A stretch of 64,000 nt of DNA from Desulfonatronovibrionaceae bacterium (GTDB lineage: Bacteria > Desulfobacterota > Desulfovibrionia > Desulfovibrionales > Desulfonatronovibrionaceae), in NCBI GenBank assembly GCA_046539845.1, contig JBKHGE010000008.1:1-64000 (forward strand), given 5' to 3'. Shown here piece by piece: positions 28,757 through 39,677 of this stretch (position 1 is the first letter of the stretch; every line of letters begins with the position of its first letter). The notes beneath the pieces were generated by a model, which saw only the letters and a list, made by a program, of their open reading frames with translations, was not told where the DNA came from and ran no database searches. Made by a program: the position numbers and the translations under genes.

Positions 28757-28801
28757 TTGCATTTTGCATTATTTTTCTTGTTTTTCTCTTGCACTTTGCA
28801 A
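28757..28801. promoter_or_regulatory. Paired TTGCA-N3-TGCA palindromes, putative enhancer sites
   Basis: TTGCATTTTGCAT (28757-28769) and TTGCACTTTGCAA (28789-28801), 32 bp apart. Confidence 0.65.
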
Positions 28802-28849
28802 AAAGAAAGGTTTATAATCAAAGCGATTTCCATTTAGAATTAATGAGGG

Positions 28850-30196
28850 GTGATTATGGCTGAGCAAATCTCGAATATGCATCATAATATAATTCTGGAT
28901 TCCATTAACGAGGGCGTGTTTACGGTTGACTTGAACTGGAACCTGCAGGAATTAAACGCGGCCGCTAAGAAGATTACCGGTAGAAACAGGGAATGGGCTC
29001 GGGGTCGAAAATGCTTTGATGTCTTTCAAAGCAGATTGTGCGGGGAAGAGTGCCCTATCAAGCAGACTTTGGCCACCGGAGAGCCGGTGGTTAACCGCAG
29101 GACCTTTATTTTGGATTCAAAGGAGCAGTGTGTGCCGGTACGCGTTTCCACGGCAGTCCTGCACGATGCAGAGGGGAAAATCATAGGCGGGGTGGAAACT
29201 TTTCAGGACCTGTCCGAGGTGGAGCGGCTGTGCAAGGAGCTCAAGTCGCATTATACTTTTGATGATATTGTCGGCCGTAGCTCGGCCATGCAGGATATAT
29301 TCGAAACTTTGCCCTTGATCGCCAAAAGTGACAGTACCGTGCTCATTGAAGGGGAGAGTGGTACAGGGAAAGAGCTTTTCGCCCGGACCTTGCACAACCG
29401 TTCCCTACGTTGCCGGGGGAGGTTCGTCCCAGTTAATTGTGCCGCCCTTCCGGATACCCTGCTTGAGTCCGAGTTTTTCGGGTATGAGCCTGGGGCATTT
29501 ACCGATGCCAAACGTTCCAGGTCGGGCCGGTTTGAACTGGCTCATTGCGGTACGATTTTTTTGGATGAAATAAGTGATATATCCCCGGCCCTGCAGGTCC
29601 GGCTGCTTCGGGTGCTCCAGGAGCGATCCGTGGAGCCGCTGGGCAGTGAGAGAAGCAAAAACGTGGATGTCCGGGTCCTGGCGGCTACCAATCAGGACTT
29701 GGGCAAAATGGTGGAAAAGGATCAGTTTCGAAAGGATCTTTACTATCGCATCCGTGTTGTCCGGCTGAAGATCCCGCCCTTGCGGGAGAGACGGGATGAT
29801 ATCCCTCTTTTGGTTAATCATTTTATTAATAAATTCAACCACCTGCAGGGTAAGGACATCGCCGGGGTCACTGATTCAGTAATGGACCGATTGACCGAAT
29901 ATGACTACCCGGGAAATGTTCGGGAGCTGGAAAACATTGTGGAGCGGGCCTTTGTCTTTTGTCGGGGCGGGCTTATAGAAATGCGTCATCTGCCGAGTGA
30001 GCTTCGCGATCCCTCCACTTCCATCCTGGAGACCGAGCAGGGCATGACTTTGAGGGAGATGGAAAAGGCCCTTATTGTAAAGGCCCTGCGCCGCAACAGC
30101 GGGAACAGGCAAAAGACCGCCCGGACATTAGGTATAAATGTCAGTACCCTATACAGGAAAATAAAAAAAATGGACATTGATTTGGCCGCGCAATAA
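28850..30196 (+). CDS. PAS-domain sigma54-dependent activator (OrpR-like, CX8CX3C)
   Basis: PAS with CFDVFQSRLCGEEC, GESGTGKE, GAFTDA, FLDEI, YPGNVREL, Fis HTH; start may be 28856. Confidence 0.93.
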   Translation: MIMAEQISNMHHNIILDSINEGVFTVDLNWNLQELNAAAKKITGRNREWARGRKCFDVFQSRLCGEECPIKQTLATGEPVVNRRTFILDSKEQCVPVRVSTAVLHDAEGKIIGGVETFQDLSEVERLCKELKSHYTFDDIVGRSSAMQDIFETLPLIAKSDSTVLIEGESGTGKELFARTLHNRSLRCRGRFVPVNCAALPDTLLESEFFGYEPGAFTDAKRSRSGRFELAHCGTIFLDEISDISPALQVRLLRVLQERSVEPLGSERSKNVDVRVLAATNQDLGKMVEKDQFRKDLYYRIRVVRLKIPPLRERRDDIPLLVNHFINKFNHLQGKDIAGVTDSVMDRLTEYDYPGNVRELENIVERAFVFCRGGLIEMRHLPSELRDPSTSILETEQGMTLREMEKALIVKALRRNSGNRQKTARTLGINVSTLYRKIKKMDIDLAAQ

Positions 30197-30213
30197 TTTT
30201 TGTCTGCCAAGAG

Positions 30214-32403
30214 CTATTGCGGGCAGCCGGGGCGGCACTCCCTGTCCGGATTGCCGGCAAAGAACTGGGCATGGGTATTTTTGCCTTCATCTCCTTGGAT
30301 GAACTTTTGGATCAAAAATTCCAGTTCCCGGACCTTGTCCTTTACATAACCCAGGGACTGCGTGGATCTGCCCATCTCTTCGGATGTCTCTCCGGCAGCC
30401 TTTTCCACGGTGTGCATGGAGGAAAACACCTGCTCCAGCACTGAGCCCTGGGAGGCGGACAATTCCTGGATTCGTCCGATCTCATCGCGCACTTCTTCTA
30501 TTACCGAATTTATCTGTTTCAGCGAATCCTTGGTTTCCCGGCTTAGAGAATGGGTCTTTTCCACTTTCTCAAAGGTGCAGTCCAACTGGTAATTGTTTCT
30601 GGATACCGCGTCCTGAATCAGTTTGACGCTCTTTTCCACCCTGCCGGTGGCGCTCATAGTTTTGGTGGCCAGTTTTCGTACCTCATCGGCCACAACTGCG
30701 AATCCCCGCCCGGCATCACCGGCCCGGGCCGCTTCAATGGCTGCGTTTAAGGCCAGCAGATTGGTCTGGTCCGTGATGTCGTTGATTAGGGAGATAATTT
30801 CCCCGATGTCCTTGGTGTAGGAGTCCAGCTGGGAGAAATCCTGTTTGAGATTGCGCATCATGTCGTCCACTATATTCATTATTTCCGAGGTCTCCTGGCT
30901 TTTTTTCGTCCCCTCCCCAACCCTGGAGCGGATTTGTGAATAGGCCTGTTCAAACTTCTGCGTCCAGCGTCCCACCTCCAGCACAGTATAGTTCATTTCT
31001 TCCATGGCCTGCTTGGTCTGTACCGTGGCCTCCATCTGGCTTGCGCACTTGGATTCAATCTGCTTGAGCTCAACTTTGAGGTTTTCCGTCTGATAGTCCA
31101 CCTCCGAGGAAGACTGGTTGGCGGTTGCGGCTATTTTTTGAAATTCCGCGAGCATCTCCTGCAGCTCTTTTTCCTGCTTCTTGCTCCTTTCCAGGGCCTC
31201 GTTGGTTTTAAGGGCGCTTTTCTGGGCCGTGTGTGCGTAGCTCTTGCTTTCATCTATTTTCTCCTTGATCCGGGAAACCATTATGGACATTGAATCCTTG
31301 AGGCGATCCAGCTCCGGGAGAAATGTACGTTCGATCCTTGCCTCCAGGTCGCCTGCGGTCACCTTGTCCGCGAATTCCTGCAAAAGGACAAAGGGTTTTA
31401 ATATCAGCCTGCGGCAAAATATCTGGGAGCCGACAAGGATCAAGAAAAGGACAACAAACCCGAATACAGCCACGTGTTCACTCATCCGGGTAATGGGCTG
31501 CAAGGCCTTGGCCTTGCTGAACTTATCCACCAGAAGCCAGTCAAGTCCGGAGGCTTTAAGCCGGGTGTAGGCCACCAAATGATCCTCCTTGTTGACAAAG
31601 CCCCGTTCATTTTTTTGCCCCAGAGCAATCAGTTCTTGTAAAAAATCATTTTTTTCATCTATTTTTGGTGTATTGCGCGGCCTAAGATCCCGGGAGCCGA
31701 TTATGAATGTCTTGCCTTTATCCTGTATATCCCCCTGCAAATTCAAGAGTTCGTTTATTTTGGATACAGGCAGGGCCAGTATCAAAGCACCGGCCACTTC
31801 CGAGTTATGGTCATATATTGGAGCCCCGGCAAAGCCGGTAATGCGTTCCTGGAGAGGGCCGTAGGGCTTAAAATCCCCAAATGTCTGCCGGCCGTTCATG
31901 GCTGATTTCCAGACCCGTCCCAAAGGGCTGTCCGTGAACGGCCCGTTTTTCAAATCCTGTCCCAAGTCTTTATTTTTCTGCATGGAGAAGAGCACCCGGC
32001 CGTAGTCATCAACGATAAACATGTCCGGATATCCCATTTCCCGGATATATTTTTCCATCTGGGGCCGTACGTATTCGTGTAATTCCCTGTACTCGTCCGT
32101 GGAGACTTCGGCCCGGCCGCCTTTCTCCAGCTCCTGGTCCATAAAATAATCCTGAAAGAGCATAATGGAATTGTATATTTCCTTGGTTCCGGCGACTACC
32201 GTGGCCTCACTGGCCCAAGTTTCAAACTGTCTTTTGACCGCCTTTTTCTGGATGTCGCGCATGGATTCCAGTCTGGAGATTGTTTCCGCAGTCAAGGTAT
32301 TGCGGGAGACTTTTTGAGAGTAGAAACCGATTATAAGCAGCGGAATGGCAGCGAAAAACAGGGTGAAAAGAAAAAAAGATTTTTTAAGAGATAAGTGAGG
32401 CAT
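30214..32403 (-). CDS. Methyl-accepting chemotaxis protein (Cache sensor + HAMP)
   Basis: Two TM, periplasmic domain, [34 protein letters not shown]. Confidence 0.95.
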   Translation of the reverse strand: MPHLSLKKSFFLFTLFFAAIPLLIIGFYSQKVSRNTLTAETISRLESMRDIQKKAVKRQFETWASEATVVAGTKEIYNSIMLFQDYFMDQELEKGGRAEVSTDEYRELHEYVRPQMEKYIREMGYPDMFIVDDYGRVLFSMQKNKDLGQDLKNGPFTDSPLGRVWKSAMNGRQTFGDFKPYGPLQERITGFAGAPIYDHNSEVAGALILALPVSKINELLNLQGDIQDKGKTFIIGSRDLRPRNTPKIDEKNDFLQELIALGQKNERGFVNKEDHLVAYTRLKASGLDWLLVDKFSKAKALQPITRMSEHVAVFGFVVLFLILVGSQIFCRRLILKPFVLLQEFADKVTAGDLEARIERTFLPELDRLKDSMSIMVSRIKEKIDESKSYAHTAQKSALKTNEALERSKKQEKELQEMLAEFQKIAATANQSSSEVDYQTENLKVELKQIESKCASQMEATVQTKQAMEEMNYTVLEVGRWTQKFEQAYSQIRSRVGEGTKKSQETSEIMNIVDDMMRNLKQDFSQLDSYTKDIGEIISLINDITDQTNLLALNAAIEAARAGDAGRGFAVVADEVRKLATKTMSATGRVEKSVKLIQDAVSRNNYQLDCTFEKVEKTHSLSRETKDSLKQINSVIEEVRDEIGRIQELSASQGSVLEQVFSSMHTVEKAAGETSEEMGRSTQSLGYVKDKVRELEFLIQKFIQGDEGKNTHAQFFAGNPDRECRPGCPQ

Positions 32404-32714
32404 TGGATTTCTCCGGGCATTGCGTTTTTTAAAAACAGGCAAACTGTCTGCGTTAATATTAATGATTATCAGCTGGCGTGCATGACGTCTTGGTGACAAT
32501 GAAAGGACAATTAGGTTAAGCTTTTTACTTCCTTCGCTCTGGATACGGAGCCACTACATATTCAAAGGCTTGGCGAAAGTCAGGTTCCATATACGGGCAA
32601 ATCGGAGTTTCCCTTGTTGCTGATTTGGGGCAAACTATGTATTGATTTTGGGACTTCAGCTGGTATTTTAAATTTGTTTGTTTCAGTTTCCATAAATACT
32701 GAGGGGAGGCCTTC

Positions 32715-33392
32715 ATGTCCGGGCTGCTCACAATCAAGGAAATCGCTCATAAACTGGATATACCGGAGAGCAATATCCGCTATTATCGGGATAAGTTTGA
32801 AGCCTATCTGCCTTACGAGGGAGAAGGGAGAAAGCGCCGCTACCGGCCGGAAGCCATGGATATATTCGCGTATATTGCCGAACAATATGCCAAAAACCGC
32901 AGCAGTGAGGATATAGAAAAGGATCTGGCCTCCCGCTACGTGGTAAACGCGCGGCCGAGCGCTTCCGGCACGCACGCGGAGGTGGCCCCGGCCCGGGAGG
33001 ACGCTGGCACCCCGGAGCATGTCCAGGCCTTGATTCTTCAGAGCCGTGCCCTGCAGCAGATGTCCGAGGTCATCCACGAGGGCCGCTCGGAAAAGAAGCG
33101 GCTGGAGCGGATGGAGGAGCAGGGGGCCAGGATGAAGCGCGCCCTTTATCTCTTGTGGCGGGAACAGAAAAAGCTTCGGAGCCTTCCCACCGGACAGAAT
33201 CAAGAGGAGAGTAGGCTGAGCGATTTAGAGGACAGGGTAGAAGACCTGGCCCGGCAACAGGAGGAGATGCGGCGCAAATTTGATGAACAGATGGAGAAAC
33301 TGCAGGAGTGCATGAACAGATGTCAGTTCTGGACCAAGAGGATCATGCTTCAGTACGCCCCGGAGGAAGCGGATCGATTCGAGAAGACATAA
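32715..33392 (+). CDS. MerR-type HTH protein with coiled-coil C-terminus
   Basis: LTIKEIAHKLDIPESNIRYY..GRKRRY; GGAGG RBS. Confidence 0.85.
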   Translation: MSGLLTIKEIAHKLDIPESNIRYYRDKFEAYLPYEGEGRKRRYRPEAMDIFAYIAEQYAKNRSSEDIEKDLASRYVVNARPSASGTHAEVAPAREDAGTPEHVQALILQSRALQQMSEVIHEGRSEKKRLERMEEQGARMKRALYLLWREQKKLRSLPTGQNQEESRLSDLEDRVEDLARQQEEMRRKFDEQMEKLQECMNRCQFWTKRIMLQYAPEEADRFEKT

Positions 33393-33486
33393 CCCCAACA
33401 AACAAGGTGCGCCTGAAAATATTACCCAGCCCGCAGTCTTACGCCCGGCGGCTGTATCCGAGATAATTCCCCTCTGCTTTCCCTTC

Positions 33487-33528
33487 CTGTAACATAAAAT
33501 TGTTTCCCGGGTCACAATCCTGTAACAT
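33487..33528 (+). promoter_or_regulatory. Pho box-like direct repeats upstream of pstS
   Basis: TGTAACA (33488), GGTCACA (33510), TGTAACA (33521): 22 and 11 bp spacing. Confidence 0.7.
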
Positions 33529-33596
33529 AGTCTGAGTAGACCCATCATCAAGCCGATTGCGGCGACTTTTTCAACCAAGTCAAATGGAGGTTTGAG

Positions 33597-34406
33597 ATGA
33601 AAAGACATGTACTGGTTTTGACCCTGATGGTCGGACTTTTGTGTAGCGTTCCTGCCTGGGCGGGAAAAGTGGTGGTCAAGGGATCAACCACGGTTTTACC
33701 CATAGCCCAGAAGGTGGCTGAGTCCTTTACCCAGGAGACCGGGATCAAGGTCTCCGTGTCCGGCGGGGGATCGGGTAACGGGATAAAGGCGCTTATAGAC
33801 GGGAGCACGGATGTAGCGGACGCTTCCCGGTTTATCAAGCAGAAGGAAGTAAAACGGGCCGTGGACAACGGGCACTATCCGGTTCCCTTTGGTGTTGCCT
33901 ATGACAGCATCATCCCTGTTGTCCACCCCAGCAATTCCATATCTGACCTGTCCACAGAGGAGCTGAAAAAAATTTACAAAGGCGAGATCACGAACTGGTC
34001 CGAAGTGGGCGGACCGGACAGGAAGGTTGTGGTCATCTCCCGGGATACTTCCTCCGGGACCTATGAGACCTGGGACAAGAAAGTGATGGGCAAGGATCGC
34101 GTCTTTTCCGGCGCTTCGCTTCAGGCCTCGAACGGTGCGGTTTCCCAGGCTGTGTCCAAGAACAAGAACGCTATCGGTTACGTGGGCATCGGCTATCTGA
34201 ACGATGACCTCAAGGGCCTGACCGTGGAGGGAATCGAAGGGACCAAGGCCACCACTTTGAGCGGGGAGTTCCCGGTCTCCAGGACTCTGTTCATGTTCAC
34301 CGACGGATGGCCTGAGGGCGATACCCTGGAGTTCATAAACTATGTAATGCACCCGGACAAGGGGCAGAAGTTTGTGGACGAGGTCGGCTACGTATCCATC
34401 TATTAA
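33597..34406 (+). CDS. pstS: Phosphate ABC transporter substrate-binding protein
   Basis: KGSTTV, GGGSGNG, ASR, SRDTSSGT; signal peptide. Confidence 0.95.
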   Translation: MKRHVLVLTLMVGLLCSVPAWAGKVVVKGSTTVLPIAQKVAESFTQETGIKVSVSGGGSGNGIKALIDGSTDVADASRFIKQKEVKRAVDNGHYPVPFGVAYDSIIPVVHPSNSISDLSTEELKKIYKGEITNWSEVGGPDRKVVVISRDTSSGTYETWDKKVMGKDRVFSGASLQASNGAVSQAVSKNKNAIGYVGIGYLNDDLKGLTVEGIEGTKATTLSGEFPVSRTLFMFTDGWPEGDTLEFINYVMHPDKGQKFVDEVGYVSIY

Positions 34407-34427
34407 AGGGCTATGCCGCCTGTTGTA

Positions 34428-34465
34428 GGGGCCGGGAGCGGATTTTCCCGCCCCGGCCCTCTTTT
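34428..34465 (+). terminator. Hairpin after pstS (terminator or mRNA stabiliser)
   Basis: GGGCCGGGAGCGG..CCGCCCCGGCCC followed by TCTTTT. Confidence 0.6.
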
Positions 34466-34572
34466 CGAACCGATATCGCGGGCGGCCTGGACAATCCTAA
34501 ATGGGGCAAGTACATCGTGGAAACAATCCTCATAAAACCATGTTGCAGAAGCTCTATACAGGTGAGTAGCGT

Positions 34573-35466
34573 ATGCTTATAAGTCGGCAGAAAAAAGAAT
34601 TTTTCATGCGTATGCTGTTTACCCTGCTCGGGGCGACCGGACTAATAATTCTGACTTTGATAATGGTTTTTTTGGTCATGGAGGGACTGCCCATATTTTC
34701 CGAGGTATCCTTGGTGGATTTTATTTTTGGAAAAGAGTGGTACCCGACCTATGATCCTCCGGATTTTGGCATCCTGCCGCTTATAGCCGGCACCTTCAGC
34801 GTAACGATCATTTCTTCACTTATAGCGGTCCCCCTGGGGGTGATGACCGCCGTGTATCTGGCAGAGGTGGCTTCACCCGGGATACGCAAGGTGGTTAAGC
34901 CGGTGGTGGAGCTTATCGAGGGACTGCCCACCGTGGTGATTGGCTTTTTTGGCATGGTCGTGGTCGCACCTTTCCTGCAGAGCATTTTTGATATGCCTAC
35001 CGGACTCAACCTGTTCAATGCCTCGATAATGCTGGCCTTTATGTCTGTACCCACTATCTGCAGCGTGTCCGAGGATGCCATTTATTCCGTCCCCCAGGAG
35101 CTGAAAGAGGCCTCTTTGGCTCTGGGGGCCACGCATTTGGAAACCATTTTGCGGGTCATACTGCCTGCTTCCCTGTCCGGCATATCCACCGGGGTTATTT
35201 TGGGCGTGTCCAGGGCGGTGGGGGAGACAATGGTGGTTTTGATGGTCGCCGGTGGGGCGGCCATGATACCCGGGTCGCTATTCGATCCGATCCGGCCCAT
35301 GCCGGCCAGTATAGCCGCAGAAATGGCCGAGGCCCCGTATCAGAGCGAACACTACTACGCCCTTTTTGCCATCGGGCTGGTCCTTTTTGTGTTTACCTTT
35401 GCTTTTAACATGCTGGCCGATTATCTGGCCCATAAACACAGACAGGTCGGAGCGGCCACGCTTTAG
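34573..35466 (+). CDS. pstC: Phosphate ABC permease
   Basis: WYP..FGILPLIAGT, SRAVGETMVVLMVAG. Confidence 0.95.
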   Translation: MLISRQKKEFFMRMLFTLLGATGLIILTLIMVFLVMEGLPIFSEVSLVDFIFGKEWYPTYDPPDFGILPLIAGTFSVTIISSLIAVPLGVMTAVYLAEVASPGIRKVVKPVVELIEGLPTVVIGFFGMVVVAPFLQSIFDMPTGLNLFNASIMLAFMSVPTICSVSEDAIYSVPQELKEASLALGATHLETILRVILPASLSGISTGVILGVSRAVGETMVVLMVAGGAAMIPGSLFDPIRPMPASIAAEMAEAPYQSEHYYALFAIGLVLFVFTFAFNMLADYLAHKHRQVGAATL

Positions 35467-35494
35467 GGCGCTGAACGGATAAAAGGGGGAAGAG

Positions 35495-36358
35495 TTGAAT
35501 CAGGCTACGATTAAGTCCCGCAGGAGAAAGCAGACGGTCCTGTTCTGGCTGCTCCGGGTGGCGGCGATGATAAACGGGCTGGCCCTTTTCGTGATCCTGT
35601 TCTTTATCTTTATAAACGGGATCACGGCCATCAACTGGGAATTTTTGACCCAGCCGCCGCGCAATTCCATGACCGAGGGCGGAATACTGCCCTGTATCAT
35701 AGGCACCTTCCTTTTGAGCTTCGGCTCCCTGCTGGTGGCTTTTCCCTGGGGGGTGGCTACGGCCATATACTTAAGCGAATACGCCCGCCCCGGGCCCTGG
35801 ATGCGGATAGTCAGACTGGGCATAAATAATCTGGCCGGGGTGCCCTCGGTTGTTTACGGTCTTTTCGGGCTGGCCCTTTTTGTCACCGTCATGGGTATGG
35901 GCGTGAGCCTTTTGGCCGGGATGTTTACCCTGGGCGCGTTTATTTTGCCCCTTATAATCGGCACGGCAGAGGAGGCTTTGCGCTCGGTGCCCCAGACCTA
36001 TCGCGAGGCATCTCTGGGCTTGGGCGCGACCAAGTGGCAGACAGTCTACCGGGTGGTGTTGCCGGCGGCCTTCCCCAAGATGCTTACCGGCCTTATCCTG
36101 GGGCTGTCCCGGGTAGCCGGGGAGACCGCTCCCATTATGTTCACCGCCGCGGTCTTTTACACCCCGGAAATGCCGGATTCCATATTTTCCGATGTCATGG
36201 CCCTGCCGTATCATATATACGTCCTGGCCACGGCCGGGACCAACATAGAAGAAACCAGGCATCTCCAGTACGGGACCGCCCTGGTTCTCATGGCCCTGGT
36301 CTTTGGGATGAACATCTTCTCCATCTGGTATCGCTCCCGGATTCAGAAAAGGACCTGA
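35495..36358 (+). CDS. pstA: Phosphate ABC permease
   Basis: GGILPCIIGT, NLAGVPSVVYGLFG, RVAGETAPI. Confidence 0.95.
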   Translation: MNQATIKSRRRKQTVLFWLLRVAAMINGLALFVILFFIFINGITAINWEFLTQPPRNSMTEGGILPCIIGTFLLSFGSLLVAFPWGVATAIYLSEYARPGPWMRIVRLGINNLAGVPSVVYGLFGLALFVTVMGMGVSLLAGMFTLGAFILPLIIGTAEEALRSVPQTYREASLGLGATKWQTVYRVVLPAAFPKMLTGLILGLSRVAGETAPIMFTAAVFYTPEMPDSIFSDVMALPYHIYVLATAGTNIEETRHLQYGTALVLMALVFGMNIFSIWYRSRIQKRT

Positions 36359-36365
36359 ATGGATT

Positions 36366-37052
36366 ATGTACAAAGTACTTATTGTCGAGGATGAACTGGA
36401 TATCGGCAATCTTCTGGCCATCAACCTGGAGGCCGAGGGCTACAAGGCGCTGCAGGCGGTTAATGGGGAGGAAGGTCTGGAAACGGCCCGAAGAGAGAAG
36501 CCGGATTTCATCGTTCTGGATCTCATGCTCCCGGGCATGGACGGTCTCAAAGTATGCAAGGCCCTCAAGGCGGAGAGCAGTACCGCGGCCATTCCTGTAC
36601 TTATGCTTACTGCCCGTGGTGAAGAGGTGGACCGGGTGGTCGGATTCGAACTTGGAGCGGACGACTATGTGGTCAAACCCTTCAGCGTCCGTGAAGTCCT
36701 GCTCCGGATAAGGGCCATTTTGAACAGGAAAACTGACCAAGCCGAAGGGGCGTATACGGTATATCAGGGACTCAGCGTGGATACCGAAGCCATGCTGGCC
36801 ACTGTGGACGGAAAGGATATGCAGCTTACTGCCACGGAATTCAGGCTTCTTGCCCATCTGATTCAAAACAAGGGCCGGGTCCTTTCCCGGGAGCATCTTT
36901 TGGATCGGGTCTGGGGATATGAGTTCGAGGGCTATGCCCGCACAGTGGACACCCATGTCCGCAGGCTGCGGGTTAAGCTGGGACCGTATGCCGGGTTCAT
37001 CCATACAGTCCGGGGCATCGGATACCGTTTCAGCCCGGAGGAAGACAATTGA
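36366..37052 (+). CDS. phoB: OmpR-family response regulator, PhoB
   Basis: VEDE, LDLMLP, GADDYVVKPF, RTVDTHVRRLR; within the pst operon. Confidence 0.88.
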   Translation: MYKVLIVEDELDIGNLLAINLEAEGYKALQAVNGEEGLETARREKPDFIVLDLMLPGMDGLKVCKALKAESSTAAIPVLMLTARGEEVDRVVGFELGADDYVVKPFSVREVLLRIRAILNRKTDQAEGAYTVYQGLSVDTEAMLATVDGKDMQLTATEFRLLAHLIQNKGRVLSREHLLDRVWGYEFEGYARTVDTHVRRLRVKLGPYAGFIHTVRGIGYRFSPEEDN

Positions 37053-38851
37053 TAGACAGCAAAAGATTTTCCCTGCGGAGCAAGCTGACTTTGTCCATGT
37101 GGGCGGTCATGCTCCTACTGGCCGTTTTGCCGGTGTATCTTATCTTCAGCTCGCTGGAGGGCGAGGTACGCAAGGAAGCGGCGTACCGGGCCGAAGGGAT
37201 ATGCGATGCCCTTGTTCTGGCCCTGAAGGCTGACTGGCCCGGGGAAGGTTGGTCCGGTCTGCAGGAATTTGCCGAGCGCAGCGGCAGGGAACTCGACCTG
37301 AGGGTCACTTTTGTGGACAAAGACGGCCAAGTCCGTGCGGATTCCGAGGTACAACGCAGCAGACTCAAGGACCTGGACAATCACATAAACCGCCCGGAGA
37401 TAAGGTCAGCTTTGCGTTCCGGGACCGGGAGCAGTATCCGCTACAGCCGAACCATACAGGATACCCTGCTGTATTTTGCCCGCAAAATCGGGGACGATAC
37501 TCTGCCGGAAGGCTATCTGCGTATCTCCATGCCCTATTCCCGGGTTCAGAAGGCCCTGGACAGGATGACTGCGGATATCTGGGCCATTGTGGGGCTCAGT
37601 TTTATCGGCTCCGGGGTGATCATCTTTGTTATCATCCGTCAGCTGACCGGGTCCATAAGGGAGTTATCCGCGGCCGCGGCCGCCATAGGCCAGGGCGACT
37701 ATTCCCGCCGGGTGCATGCGGTCCCCGCTCCGGAGTTCAGGCCTTTGGCCCGCTCTCTGAACGAGATGGCCGACGATGTGGAAAGGAATTTAGAGCTTAT
37801 TTCCGGACAGAAGATAGAGCTGGAGGCCATCCTGAACAGCATGAAAGACGGGGTCCTAGCCCTGGATCGGGAAGGCAGGATCCAGAACTGCAACAGACAT
37901 TTCAAAAAGATGTTCGGAGTTGAGGGGACGTGCACGGGCAAAAGACCGCTGGAGATAATAATGCACTCCGAGCTGCAGAAGGCCTGCGACAGTACGTTGT
38001 CCGGCAGCAGGGATCAGGCCTTTGATCTTTTGGTCCAGGTCGAAGACAGATTCTTCAGCGTCAGCGTGGTCGCCACTCCCGGGGCCGGAGAGCTAGCCGC
38101 CATTGTGGTCTTCCACGATATTACCGAACTGAAGCGGGTGGAAAACATGCGCAAGGACTTTGTGTCCAACGCCTCGCACGAACTGCGCACGCCTTTGACC
38201 TCGATCAAGGGCTATACAGAAACCCTTTTGGGCAATGAGAAGGTCCTCAGGGAGAAAGGCCCGGAAATGCTGGAGGTCATCCACAAAAATGCCAACTCCA
38301 TGATGCGTCTCCTGGAGGATATTTTGCAGCTGTCCAGGATCGAATCGGAAAGGGAGGTCCTGGATATGGATGTGGTGGATATGCAGGAGGTGGTTTCCCG
38401 GGCCTGGAACGAATGCTTTTCCCTTGCTCAAGACAAAAGGATTGATTTTCAAGGCGAGGTGGACCACCCCTGTCTGAAGGTTCGGGGAGATACTTCAGGC
38501 CTTGTCCAGGTGGTGCGTAATCTCTTTGAGAATTGCATCAAGCATGTGCCTGAGGGCAGCGGGCAAATAAGGCTCTTGTGTGCGGACAAGGGAAACGAGG
38601 TTTGGATCGGGGTGAAAGACAACGGCCCCGGTATACCGGTGAGTGCACAGGAGCGGGTCTTTGAGCGTTTCTATCGTCTGGAGGGGCATCGCAGTGCCCA
38701 ACAAACCAGGGGGACCGGCCTGGGCCTGTCCATTTGCAGAAATATTTTGCGCCGCATAAGCGGCCGGATATGGGTGGAGAGCCCTCTCCCGGGAGCGGAT
38801 TCCGGGACTATTGTCTGGATGGCCCTTTTGAAGGCGGATTCTGAGGAATGA
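37049..38851 (+). CDS. phoR: Sensor histidine kinase PhoR (HAMP, PAS)
   Basis: RKDFVSNASHELRTPLTSIKG, DNGPG, FERFYR, GTGLGL. Confidence 0.9.
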   Translation: MIDSKRFSLRSKLTLSMWAVMLLLAVLPVYLIFSSLEGEVRKEAAYRAEGICDALVLALKADWPGEGWSGLQEFAERSGRELDLRVTFVDKDGQVRADSEVQRSRLKDLDNHINRPEIRSALRSGTGSSIRYSRTIQDTLLYFARKIGDDTLPEGYLRISMPYSRVQKALDRMTADIWAIVGLSFIGSGVIIFVIIRQLTGSIRELSAAAAAIGQGDYSRRVHAVPAPEFRPLARSLNEMADDVERNLELISGQKIELEAILNSMKDGVLALDREGRIQNCNRHFKKMFGVEGTCTGKRPLEIIMHSELQKACDSTLSGSRDQAFDLLVQVEDRFFSVSVVATPGAGELAAIVVFHDITELKRVENMRKDFVSNASHELRTPLTSIKGYTETLLGNEKVLREKGPEMLEVIHKNANSMMRLLEDILQLSRIESEREVLDMDVVDMQEVVSRAWNECFSLAQDKRIDFQGEVDHPCLKVRGDTSGLVQVVRNLFENCIKHVPEGSGQIRLLCADKGNEVWIGVKDNGPGIPVSAQERVFERFYRLEGHRSAQQTRGTGLGLSICRNILRRISGRIWVESPLPGADSGTIVWMALLKADSEE

Positions 38852-38904
38852 TCCGGGGCAGATTCCGCTCCGAAACAGAAAACAGAGCAAAGTGATTACA
38901 GACT

Positions 38905-39666
38905 ATGAAAGCCAACATAAAGCTCAGAACCGAGAATCTGGATTTTTATTATTCTGATTTCCAGGCCCTGCACGGGATAAGTATGGACATGCACGAAAAG
39001 GAGGTGACCGCTTTGATCGGTCCCTCCGGGTGCGGCAAGAGCACCTATCTGCGGTGCATTAACCGGATGAACGATCTCATTCCTGGCACCCGGGTATCCG
39101 GACGCCTCCTTCTGGACGAGAAGGATATATATTCCTCCAGGCTGGATGTGGTGGATTTGCGCCGTCGCGTGGGAATGGTCTTTCAAAAGCCCAATCCCTT
39201 TCCCAAGACCATATTCGAGAATGTAGCCTATGGTCTGCGGGTGAACGGAGTCCGGGACAAGGATTACATCGCCAACCGCGTGGAAGAGGGACTTAAAATG
39301 TCCGCCTTATGGGAAGAGGTCAGGGAGCGACTGCATTCTTCGGCCCTGGGGCTCTCCGGTGGACAGCAGCAGAGGCTGTGCATAGCCCGGGCCCTGGCAG
39401 TTGAGCCGGACGTGCTTTTGATGGATGAGCCGGCCTCCGCTTTGGATCCGATGGCCACCCAGAAAATCGAAGAGCTCATTTTCGAGTTGAAAAAGAAGTT
39501 CACCATAGTCATTGTCACCCACAACATGCAGCAGGCGGCACGGGTATCGGATGCCACTGCATTCTTTTATATGGGCAGACTGATTGAGATCGATTCCACG
39601 GACAAGATATTCACTCGACCCAAGGAAAAACAGACTGAAGAATATATAACCGGAAGATTCGGGTAG
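38905..39666 (+). CDS. pstB: Phosphate ABC ATPase
   Basis: [37 protein letters not shown]. Confidence 0.97.
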   Translation: MKANIKLRTENLDFYYSDFQALHGISMDMHEKEVTALIGPSGCGKSTYLRCINRMNDLIPGTRVSGRLLLDEKDIYSSRLDVVDLRRRVGMVFQKPNPFPKTIFENVAYGLRVNGVRDKDYIANRVEEGLKMSALWEEVRERLHSSALGLSGGQQQRLCIARALAVEPDVLLMDEPASALDPMATQKIEELIFELKKKFTIVIVTHNMQQAARVSDATAFFYMGRLIEIDSTDKIFTRPKEKQTEEYITGRFG

Positions 39667-39677
39667 GAGAGAGAATT

